This document shows, piece by piece, positions 49,001 to 61,000 of a stretch of 64,000 bases of DNA (positions are counted from its first letter, which is position 1; each line of letters starts with the position of its first letter). Location of the stretch: assembly GCA_965153285.1 (NCBI GenBank), contig OZ229129.1; one strand, written 5' to 3'. Position numbers and translations under genes: made by a program. Under the pieces are notes generated by a model, which saw nothing but the letters and a program-made list of their open reading frames with translations, ran no database searches and was not told the origin of the DNA. The stretch comes from Podarcis tiliguerta. Its lineage: Eukaryota.

Positions 49001-52000
49001 TAAAAATGAATTTTCCTTATCCGAGACACTCCTTAGCTTTGACCTGTGTGCAAAGGAACTGAATTTGAACTTGACATGAGTTTTAGGGCGTGGTTGAGAG
49101 ATACAGAGTTTTGTGTCCAGATTTTCTAGTATTGTTCCCAGTGCATTCGTTGCATGCTTCTTTTTACACATATGTGAATGTCTCTTAAATGTTTTGGAAA
49201 TGTTTCTGACCAGGCTTGACTATCTGAATGAGAAGCGGGATAAATTGGAGGATGAGATGGGGAGGCAGATTTTGTGGAAGCAGATCCAGGAAACAACACA
49301 GGAAATAGAAGATATAAAGTAAGAAGCCTGCTAATTATTATTTTCATAATTATTTATATCCTGTCTTTTCCCCAGACGGCTTACATAAATTAAAATGACA
49401 CAGGCAAAATACTGAAAACGAAAAACGTATGAAATATATTTGTCAAGACGCAATTGAATTGTGATAGAAATAAAACAATACAAAAAAAAACAAATTTCTT
49501 AAAACACAAACAGTAAAAATAGCACAGCATTATTTAAAAGCCCTTCCATTTTTTAAAAAACAAAAAACCAACAGTCAGTTAGCAAAGGCCTGTCAGAATA
49601 TCTTCACCTGCTAGCAGGAAAACAAGAAGGAGGGATGTTGTCTATTTTCTCTAGGAAAATTATTAAATTATTAAATTTATCAAGGGACATTATTAAATTT
49701 GTTTATGTTACCTGCCTTCCATTTTATGAGGCCTGCTGAAATTCTCTAGATGGCACTGACCCTAAATGTCTCCCTGTGCCTAAGCATGCTGTTTGTTGAA
49801 GCAGAAAAACTGGCAAAATATACAAGGGTTAAGTATTATTCTTTTAATGAGTCAACACCTTTAGTAGCACCATCACCTGTGCCCCAGACTTATGCCAATG
49901 AGTGATTGGTTGTGACTGTAGCACACTGTGATCATCCCTAAACCTAACTAGATACCATTATTATTATGTAAGAATTCTGCCTCTGTATTTAGCTAGGTTG
50001 CAGATCTTGTCTAGTTTCTCTAGGAAGGGAGCTGTTCCAAAGCCTGGGAACAGCTGCCATAAATACGGCCCACTTCTGCGGCTCCACCAAGTGGGAAGTT
50101 GGGCCTGTGAGGGTGCCAGAACTGAGAGTTAAGGTCCCATCTTGCAGCGCTCAGTGAGAGAGCAAGAGGGTAGTAGCACAGCTCACCCTGCTCCCTTGGG
50201 TGCTGGTTTCTCCCCTAAATGTCACTTCTGTCTCTTGCGGAGTCTAGCCAATTGCCGGAGGGATCTTTGTTGGGGAACAGGTTGGATGAGCACGACTGGG
50301 AGAAGATCGCCAACATAAATGTGAGTCGTTGTGGGCAGGGGTGAGGTGGGCTCCCCTTCATTGCTTAAAAATGGTTTGTGATGGGGCAGCTATGGAAGGA
50401 GGGTGGCCCCTTGCGCTTCATGTGGCCTGTGGCCTTTTTATTCGTGGTGCAGGCTGTGCGGTCCCTTTTACTCTTCCGCATCTCCCTAGTTTGAAGGAAC
50501 CCGCAATGCGAAGGAGTTGAGGAAGTACTGGCAGAACTTCGAGCACCCCAGCATCAGCAAGAGGGAGTGGAATGAGGAGGAGGTCGAAAAGATGAAGGAA
50601 ATTGCCACCAGGCACAACTGCCAGGACTGGGAAGCCATCGCCCTGGAGTTGGGGGTGAGGCCCATGGATCAGGCTCTTGACTAGGGGTGGGAAGGAGTCT
50701 GGGAAAGGCACTGATGCTGCTGTGTGAATATTATTCATTGTTATTTATTTAGAGCAGTGGTTCCCAAACATTTTAAGGCCCCATCCCCTTGGTTCCACAA
50801 ACACATCCCCAGTGCTCCCAACCCTACCCTTGTAAAAAGCATTAGAGTGGTAGCTCGGGTTAAGAACTTAATTCATTCTGGAGGTCCGTTCTTAACCTGA
50901 AACTGTTCTTAACCTGAGGTACCACTTTAGCTAATGGGGCCTCTGGCTGCCGCCGTGCCGCCACTGGAGCACAATTTCTGTTCTCATCCTGAAGCAAAGT
51001 TCTTAACCCAAGGTACTATTTCTGGGTTTGTAAGCTGAAGTGCCTGTAACCTGAGGTACACTGTATTCAGAATAGTGTTGTGCTATGCCTACTCAAAGGG
51101 ACGCAGGTGGCGCTGTGGGTAAAACCTCAGTGCCTAGGACTTGCCGATCGTATGGTCGGTGGTTCGAATCCCCGCAGCGGGGTGAGCTCCCGTCGTTCGG
51201 TCCCAGCTCCTGCCCACCTAGCAGTTCGAAAGCACCCTTAAGTGCAAGTAGATAAATAGGTACCGCTTTATAGCGGGAAGGTAAACGGCGTTTCCGTGTG
51301 CTGCGCTGGTGCTGGCTCGCCAGAGCAGCTTCGTCACGCTGGCCATGTGACCCGGAAGTGTCTGCGGACAGCGCTGGCTCCCGGCCTCTTAAGTGAGATG
51401 GGCGCACAACCCCAGAGTCAGTCACGACTGGCCCGTACGGGCAGGGGTACCTTTACCTTTATGCCTACTTAGGAATAATACACAATAAAACTCAAAACAG
51501 TCCTAGTTAAATGCACATTCATTTAAAATCCAGTTAAAACTATTCAGTTTAATTAATTCAAGAAAACTAATGCAGTTGACCCAGTGGTGCTAGTCTGCTG
51601 TCCCCTTGCCTATTAGTGCCCTCCTGTGGAATCCTATCCCCCCCCACCCCCAAGGCATTAAGACAATGCCTGCAGATAGGGAATAGATCAATGATCAAAG
51701 AACTAATCTTAGAACGGAATCGATGGCCTTTAGAAATTAAGTGGGGAGGTTAGCAGTTACTAAAAGTTTGAGTTAAGTAACCTTTTTAAGGTTGGTGCCT
51801 GGCAATTTTGTGAGGGGAAGGCATTCCACAAGTGGAAGAGCACCCCTAGTTCTATGTTGATGCTTGGCCTATTTTCCTGCAGTGCCCTCTTAATGTGCTT
51901 TTTGCACCTGACTCTCCCTGAGAAGGCCAACTTGGGGAACTCTTAACATAGACAGCTGCTCCACCTGTGCCTCCTCTTCCCCCTCACACTTTTGCTTCCT

Positions 52001-55000
52001 CTCCTCACCCCTCCTCTTTGCTTTCCTGTACTCTCCAGACACAGCGCACAGCTTTCCAATGCCTGCAGAAGTTCCAGGCCTCCAACAAGGAATTCAAGAA
52101 GAGTGAGTGGAGCCCAGAAGAGGACCAGATACTCCTGCAGCTGGTCCAAGAAATGAGGGTTGGGAAGCACATTCCATACCGGAAAAGTAAGTAGTGTCCC
52201 TGGGGGAAAGACCCTCCTCCTCACAATGCCAGTACCCCCCCTTCTTTCATAGCTTTCCTTGTCAAGACTGTAGCCTAGCTGTTCCTTGATGAGGATAGCC
52301 TGACTGCTGTAGTCCATGCGTTTGTAACCTTGAGGAAGGACTACTTCAGTGTATTCTGTGTGGGGCTGCCTTTAGTTCTGGCTTGGAAGTTCCAGCTGGG
52401 GCATAATGCTGTGACTAGACTGAAGACAGGAGCTTCTGGCTGAGAACATGGAACACCCTTGTTAAAACAGCTGCATTGGCTGCCCATCTCCTACCAAGCC
52501 AAGTTCAATGACCTTGTATTACTTTGCAAAACCCTGAACAGCTTAGGTCCAGTGTACCTCTGGGATCACTTGAACGCTTATGATATCCCAGTTTGAACAC
52601 TGAGATCCACTGGAGCATTGTTGGCTGCTCCCCAAGTTGATGAGGCTCGATTGATGACAATGAGAAACCAATGAGACACCCTCTTCTATCTATTTACAGT
52701 TGCCTATTATATGGAGGGCAGGGACTCCGCCCAGCTGATCTATAGGTGGACCAAGAGAGTGGACCCCAACTTGAAGCGAGGAGCCTGGACTCCAGAGGAA
52801 GATGCTGTAAGGCCCTTTCCTGTTGCCTTTGGGGGTGGGGATTAGTGTAAGCCTGATAAGCTGATATTTGGTCCATATAGCTCAATATTGCCCACACTGA
52901 CTGGCAGCAGCAACGACTCTCCTAATAGTTCAGTCAGGGAGCTGCTTCCTAGCCCTACTTGGAAATGGAACCTGGGACCTTCTGCATGCCAGTCAGGTGC
53001 TCTGTCACTGAACTATAGCCGTTTCCCTTTAACATAAAGTTAGATACTAGTCCTCAAGGTTCTGAACAAAGGACTAAATTAAATAGGAATATATGGGAAA
53101 GTGCTTTATACTGAGATGGATGAGAGAGATATACTGATGGGTCTTCAGAGACAGCAAATACTATATATCCTTCAAATTTATTGGAGAAATGTTAAATTAA
53201 ATATCCTCTCCACAAGCATTCCTGTATGGAAGGTGGAGCAAAAGCATTTTCTGTCTCATTCAGAAAGGGAGCCTAGTCTCACTGAGATTGGGTAGGTAAG
53301 GCTTTCTGACCGAGCAACATCATCTAGCATCACTATGGGATTTCAGTAGGTTGTTTCCATTGCTGAGCTACTACTAATTGATAATAACAAGTGTACAAGG
53401 TCTTTGTATTTTAGACTATTGTATGGGCTCAAGTCCAGTGATAACAGAGCAGGTGATACTGGAAACAATATGGGAAACACTTTCCTAAAAAAGGTAGACT
53501 GACTTAGAGCCCTGCCAGGCATGGAAAGAGCAGCTTTCCTCTCCACAGATAGGCATTGACACTTCCAGCACTGTTGTCTGCCTCCTTGCCCTAGGTCATC
53601 CCACCACTCACATTGCGAACTGTGGCTCTAACCACTACACCACCACTACCTCTCTCCAGCATAGAAGAGAGACATTAGTGCTTATTTAGACTACGCATCT
53701 AATGCATTTCTGTGTTTTTCAATGCAAGTTGCTCAAATACCTTTTAGGTAGCAAGCGACCACTAAGCTTAATAAATAATAATAAATGTCATGTGAAGAAT
53801 CAGCTTTTGTGTGTCCCCACTCCCGCAGGTGCTGCTGAAGGCTGTTGCTAAATACGGAGCACAGGACTGGTACAAGATTCGGATGGAGGTTCCCGGCAGG
53901 AATGATATCCAGTGCCGAGACAGGTCAGTGTCCCCTTCCCTCACATGGAAGATGGAGCAAGCTTGTTTCTGCTGCTCCAGAGGGTAGGGTTCAGACTGCC
54001 AGATTGATTGACTGAGTTGAGGTGCAGTGGCCTGAGGACAGAAGGAGTGTAACACTCTGCAACATCTTTTTTTTCTTGCCCCCCCCCCCAATTGCTGCAG
54101 GTATTTGCATGCCCTGCACTGTGACATCAAGAAGGGCAAATGGAGTGAGGAGGAGGAAATGAAGCTCATCGAGCTGACTGAGAAATATGGTGTGGGTAAG
54201 GCGGCTCTTCCTTGCAGGGAGTTGGACTAGATGACCCTTAGGTGTAACTTCCAGCTCCACAATTCTATGATTCTATTACCTTGGAAAGTGGCAGACTCTT
54301 TTTCCTTGGGTAATTTTAAAACTTGGGGCACAGAAATTGTAGTTCCTGGGATTTCATGGCTAGTGTGCAATCTAAATAATAGTCAAGTCATGTAAACTTT
54401 ATTGGCATCACATAGGAAATTCAGAATACATTCAGAATAAATAGGCCAGTGCGATCTCGTCACTATTTCAACAGTACAGTCATTTGCCAAAGGGAAGAAG
54501 AGGTGAGCAATCTCTTTCATCTCTGTGGGTCTCCAGCAAGTGCAGGATCCTGTAGCGTACTTTGGTGACAAAAAAATCAAATAGAGGAACTTAGCTATTG
54601 TCTTGGTCAGCTCCTGGTCTCTCCCCTGTAATAAGAAGTGTATAACCTCTGTCTCTGTAAATTCTCCTAACCTCTACTTTAAGGCCTTTGATTTTGTTAT
54701 CAGTCCACTCGCCGAACCCCGATTTCTTAGATGGCCTGTGCAAGTGAGAATGGGGCAGTTCGGTTATTAGGATGCCCATAAGCTCCTCAAACCAAGCGAC
54801 CCTAGCTACAGGAGAAAGTTCACCACTCCCTACCGAGATCAAATAAGTCACGCGATCAGAATACACCATGATTTGGAAAGATGATAGAGTATGCTTGTTA
54901 ACTCGAATCCTTATGTACTGAGGACATGGTACCTGGAGGAGTGGATTGATTAAATTTTATGGCACTCTCGATGGAAGGACAAATTTACATTGAAGGGAGA

Positions 55001-58000
55001 GATGGTCACTAAGCATAGGATCGCCTATGTGGAACTCAATCACATGGGGCAGCAATTTAGTGGGGACCAGAATATAGTCTACCACACTATTTCCTTGTGG
55101 GGAAAGGAAGGTAAAGTTCCCAGAGCCTTCCCAATCTGGCAGCCCATTGAGCCACACCAAGGCTCTGGTGGTAGACAGCTTGGTGAGCCATAGGCCCGCC
55201 AGGTTGATTTCTAAGTCCCGTGATTCTCGTTCCCACAAGCAGAAGCCAGGAAGAGCCGTAGAGTCCAAGATCTCCCAAGCTTTTGTATATACTTCCCTCC
55301 TTTGGCCTAGGCGGGCATTAACATCCCCTGTCAGGACAATAGGGGCAAATGGTGCCCAAATTCTTGAGCACGTGTGCAAGGAGATCCCATTGATGATTCT
55401 TGTCTATGACAGTATAGGTGGGAGGAATATACACATTGACCAGTAACATGACCTGGCTTTCCAGCTCTATCTTTGTTGCTAAAAGTTTGCAATTTGCATA
55501 GCCAAGAGAATGTGTTCACATTTTATATGGGGAGCCACCAGGGTTAGCAAGCCACCCGAGAGCCTGCCTTTGTAGTGGAGTTTGACTGCCGGAACTTCAA
55601 AGGCGTTATAGCCAGCAAAGTCAATGTGCTGTGTTGACCAAGTTTCTTGTAGACAAACTCTATCCTGCTCTCTTATTAACTTAACAAAGTCAGGATAGCA
55701 TAACTTTGAGGACCATCCTGCCACATTCCACGATAGCAACTTCAGGGAAGAATGTAGCACTGGGTTCCCCACCTTGGCACAAGTGGGTGTCATTAGATTG
55801 GCTATCACTAGGGGCCCCGGGCGGAACCTGTAGCAATTCCTTTAGTGCCTCAGAGGCACCAGTTGTTAGATCATGGTCCCTAGTCTTGGCACTTCTTGAA
55901 CTGTCTGCTGTCAACTCCTTGTTCGAAGTCAAGTAGCCAATTTTGGGGGCAGGATCGCTAGGACAGAGCATCGATGGGAATGTGTGTCCCAGAAATCATT
56001 CCCGGGAGTTCTTCTTCTGTTGAGGTGTCCTCTAGTGCCGGCATAGCCAAGTCAGCATTTGCGGGGCAAGATGAAGGTTGAGGAACTAAAATATTAACTT
56101 CTTGCAGATGGGCTTTGAGGCAGTCCTGGAACACAGGTGGGAGAATAGGTTGCTTAACAGTTTGTGATTCATCCGGCAAGTTTGGCATTGTGTTATCTAT
56201 CAGGAAGGTTTCTGGTTGGTCCTTGGCTGGGGGCAATCGCAGCTCAGCGCTCGGGGTGACCGGCTTCCCAGTGTGCATCTCCTGATTGAGTTCAGACAAT
56301 CCCCAGACATCTGTGTAGTTTCTGATCTTGCTTGCTCCTCCTACATAACTGTGAGAAAGTCTGTTCTGTGGGCAGAGGTGATGATGAAATATAGAGTCAT
56401 ACATGTTGATTCAGCATGTAGTTGGATCCAGTCCCTTGGTCTGCAAACGCCTTTCTTGGTTGGGTGAGTCTCTTACCGGGGATTCCTCCTGTAGAAAGGC
56501 CAGTATCTCCTCTTTCCCAGACCTATCATTATTCGTATTCCTGCTGCCCACATTAGCAGGTTCATGGGGGTTTGTCCTAGGCTTGTTGAGTTCACGCCTC
56601 TGAATAATAGTAACAATAGTTGTGCTGCACTATTGTCATTCTACATGTCCCGTCAGCCTGCTTTATTGGTGGTTTTAAAGCATCAGTTGGATGGCCATCT
56701 GTCAGGGATGCTTTAGTTGTGATTCCTGCATTGCAGGGGGTTGGACTACATGATCCTTGGGAACCATTCCAACTCTACACTCCTAAGATTCTAAGATATA
56801 CCAGATGCTGGAATCCTTTAGTCCTCTGGATGTTGCTTGGCCACAACTCTCATCAGTCCTAGCAAGCATGGCCTATGACCAGGGAGGAGGAGACGAGTTG
56901 TAGTTCAGCAACACCAACAACTCCCCAGTGCAGGTGTTTTATGGTGGGTGAAATAGCTGACTTGCTTCTTCTTCTTCCTAAAGGTCACTGGGCAAAGATA
57001 GCATCAGAGTTGCCCCATCGTTCAGGGACTCAGTGCCTGAGCAAGTGGAAAGTTTTGCTGGGCTATCGGGTAAGTTCAACTTCTAGGGTCCTTTCGGGAT
57101 TTAGAAGTGCTCCCATAAATATGAAAACATATAAGCAGAGTCATCTGCATAAGGTCAATGGCAGTCATCCAGCCCAGCATCCAGTCCTCACAGGGGCCAG
57201 CCAGATGTCCCCATGGGAAACCCCCAAGCAGAACCTGAGTGAAATAGCAACTCTCTGACTGTTGTTCCCCATTGTCCAGTATTCAGAGGTACTGTACAGT
57301 GTCCCTGAGCATGAAGGTTCTGCTGTCATGACAGGCCACCTTAAGAAAAGCTTGGCTGCTGGATAAGGCCAAAGGGGGACCATCTTGGCCCATCATCCTG
57401 TCTTGAAGGTGGCCACCCAAATATCCCAATGGAAGGCCACAAGCAGGACCTGAGCACAGCAGCACTGCTCTCCCCACATGGGATCCCCAGGAACTGTTAT
57501 TTAGAGGCATTTACTCTTCCAACAAGGGAGGTAGAACTTTCTCTGCAGTTTTCAAGGATAGCCCCACATAGAGCTCATTTCAGTCAGTTTGCCCACACCT
57601 CTAGGTTACCAAGGCAGGGCGGGGAAAGGGTGCAGTCAGCTTGGAGGAAACTGCCTTATTCTGATGATGTCTTTGGACCATCTAGCTCAGTATTGTTGAT
57701 GCTGACTGGCAGCAGGGGCTCCCCAGGGTTCCAGTCATAGAGATCCTTCCTGGGACCTTTTGCATGCAAAGCAGATAAAAAAATTATATTTTTTTTAAAA
57801 AATATTTATTCCCCACCCATCTGGCTGGGTTTCCCTAGTCACTCTGGACAGCTTACTGCACATAAAATGCTCTACCACTGAGCTTTAGCCCTTCCCTGAA
57901 ATAATAAAATACGGTATTCAGAAGCAATACTCCCTCTGACCATAGAGGCAGAGCATAGCCAAAGTGGCTAGTGGCACTGATAGCTTTTTTCTTCCGTGAA

Positions 58001-61000
58001 TTTCTCCAATCCTCCTTTGAAGCTGTCTATGTTGGGGGCCATCACTGTCTCCTGTTGGAGTTTAGTTAACTGTGCTCTGTATGCGGGACTCTACTCCATG
58101 AATTTATCTAAAGCTATGTGTGCCATGTATGCTGCATGGCCAATTAAGAAAGATAATCGCCCAATAAGATCAAAACCATCACAGTTGATTGCATATTTAT
58201 TCAAAATCAGATTGAACCCATCTTGTTTAATTATTCCTGCAAAATATATGAATTTGATCCAGGGGAACCAGCTTTTAAAGTCTGATACCTGTTACTTCCA
58301 CCTCCAGCACCCCCTGCACCTTCTTGCCTCTTAGCTCCCCCCTATGATATCTCACTGCCCTCTGTGGAAACCATCGCTCTAACCACTATGCCACCAACGC
58401 CTCTTGAAATGTGAACGACCATTGCAGCTGTTCTTGCGATTAATCTGAGGTTGCTCTTTTTTCTGTCTCTTGTTTCCAGAAGAAGAGGCGGAAGCCAAAG
58501 CAGGAGGGCTGCACCCACCGAAAGCCCCGGCAGCCCAGCCTCTGCTTGTCCAGCAGCGAAGATTCTGATCTAGAGCTGTCCCTGGAGGAGGAAGAGGAGG
58601 AGAGTGTGGAGGAGAAGGCAACCAGGACCCACAAGGCCATGGCTGGTGGGCACTGGGAGGTGCCCAGCATTGACCTCTGGGTACCTACCAGGAAGGGCAT
58701 ATCATCAGAGAACCTGGCCTCTGTCACACTGCTGTCCAAGGGCTTCAACGTAGACCAGAAGCATGGGATGTTCCCCAGGGTCCTGAAGGCGGGGGAGGAG
58801 GAAGAGCAGCCCCAGAAGGCAGAGGCTTCTCCCCCTGCCACTGCTTCTCCCAGTGATTTGCCCCCTGCCCTGATTGGAGCAAAGGAGAGCTTGGTGGCAG
58901 AAGGCAGCAAGGTACGTAGGGAAGGGGCCCTGGCTCAGAGGCAGAGCATCTGGCCCAGGTTTCTGTTTCTTCAGAACCAGGATCTTACTTTAGTTTTAGG
59001 GGAAAGGCTATATCTGGCAAGTGTCTGCTTTGCGTGTAGGTTCAGTACCCAATGGTAGGGCTGGGGGAAACCCCTGCCTGAAGCCCTGGAGAGCAATTGC
59101 TGCTGGTCAGTGTTGAAAAAACTGATCTTGGTGGACATATTCCGTCTGACTCAGTCCAAGGCAGATTCCTATATTTCTGTTCAATTCAGCCCATCCTTCA
59201 GAACCTTGAGGATTGTTATAGTCTTTATGCTGAGAGGAAGGGCTGCACTTCAGTGCTTAGAGGATGCTCCCTACCTGTAACCCCTGGAGAGCCGCTGCTA
59301 GTCAGTGTAGAGACAGTGCTGAACCAAAGAGACTCAAGGGTTTGACTCCGTAGAAAGCAGCTTCCTTTGTTCCTCAGAGCCACGAGGATTAGAAACTTAC
59401 TTCATGTTAAAGAGAAACGACCAGCTTTGTATGTATATGAATCAAAGTTCCTTCTGCATCTGTTCATTGCTTAAGAAAAGGCAGAGGGAGAAACTTCTTT
59501 CCAGTACCTCGTCCTGTATGGAATCAAACCCAGACATGTAAATGAGCTGGCTTCCCCTCCTGTGGCAAATTCCCTGCTATCAGGCAGGGAAAAGCTTTCT
59601 GCAGCTGGTCCATTTCTCCATTTCTTCCAGGCCCACAAGATCAGTTTTTGTGCTCATGTTATTATTTTCCTACAGAGAGGAGGGGATCTTGTCCCTCCCA
59701 CTCACTCCACTAGGTAGGAATATGCAGGTTCTGAGCTGCACTTGCCCTGTAGTGGGAAGGTGGCCCCTCCAGTTCCCAGATTGCCTTGCTCCCAATGCAG
59801 GTCAGGTGACAGGCCTCTGCTGTCATTCAGATTTTCCTGAGGAGATTTTTCTTCATGGAGAGTCACTCTTTATCAATACTAGGAAATCAGAGAAGTGACT
59901 TGTAAGAGAAAAGAGGCACAGACTTCTGCCTTCACCAAGAGTTCTGCAATTGGATTTGGCAGATTGCAGTGGCTTAGAGGGTGCATTGCTAAGTGTTATG
60001 AGGGTCAAAAAGGAATTCCATATCTATAAAAGGTGCCTGGAGGTTCTAGTCCTCATTAAAATATCCAATTATGTATTATTATTTTCTCTGTTATAACTGT
60101 ATTCCAGAGTGGGTGGTACCAAGTATCCCGTGTAAGATTTTGGGCTATTTTCTGCTGAGTTGTAATGACAATTTGAGCTACCAACATCATATATAAGACC
60201 AATTCTTTTGAAAATATAAAGATTTTCTGTCTAGGACTTTCTTTCCCTTAAATGAAAATAGATTGGGATCTGTGTTTGGCTGATGGGTGTTGATGGGTGT
60301 TTCTCCTTCCTGTTTTGTTTGCAGAATCCCAGGAGGATGAAGGACTCCTGGAGGGTGTCTTTGGCTTATGTGAAATGTGTGTTGAGGAGAAACAGCTATG
60401 AGTTGCAGCGGAGAAACGTAAGTCTCCCTCCCATGGTTCAGAAGCTCCTCCTGGCTCTCTTAGGTTTAGGATAAGGAACTTCCCTTGAGAGACAGTGTAG
60501 TGTAGTGTAGGGACAAGGGTTCAAATCCCCCCATTCAGCCATGAAGCTCACAAGGTGACCTTGGGTCACAGTCATAGCCTCTCAACCTATCTCTCAGAGA
60601 ACTAGGACCTAGGAGAGACCAGGTTCAAATTCCACTCCGCTTTCACACTGACTGGGTCACAGTCACTGCCTTTCAGCCTAACCTATCTCACAGAGTTGTT
60701 GTGGAGGAGGGGGACAGAACCATGTATGCCACCTTGAGCTCCTTGGGGGCAAAGTTGGGATATAAATGCAGTAGATTAGATAGATAGATCCCCATACTTT
60801 TCTTGCCAACATGTCTGATGATATTTAGAGGCATTCAGTTCAGATTGGCTGTTGAGCTTCAGAGTTAAGCTGGCATGATGGGGCAGTGGGCTTCATACCT
60901 TCCCCCATGTGAGCATGTTGTTGTTTTTAAAAATATGTTCAAATATCTTTTAGCGAGGCCTGCTTAGTTGGATGAGTTTGTTTCATTTCCATTTCCAGCA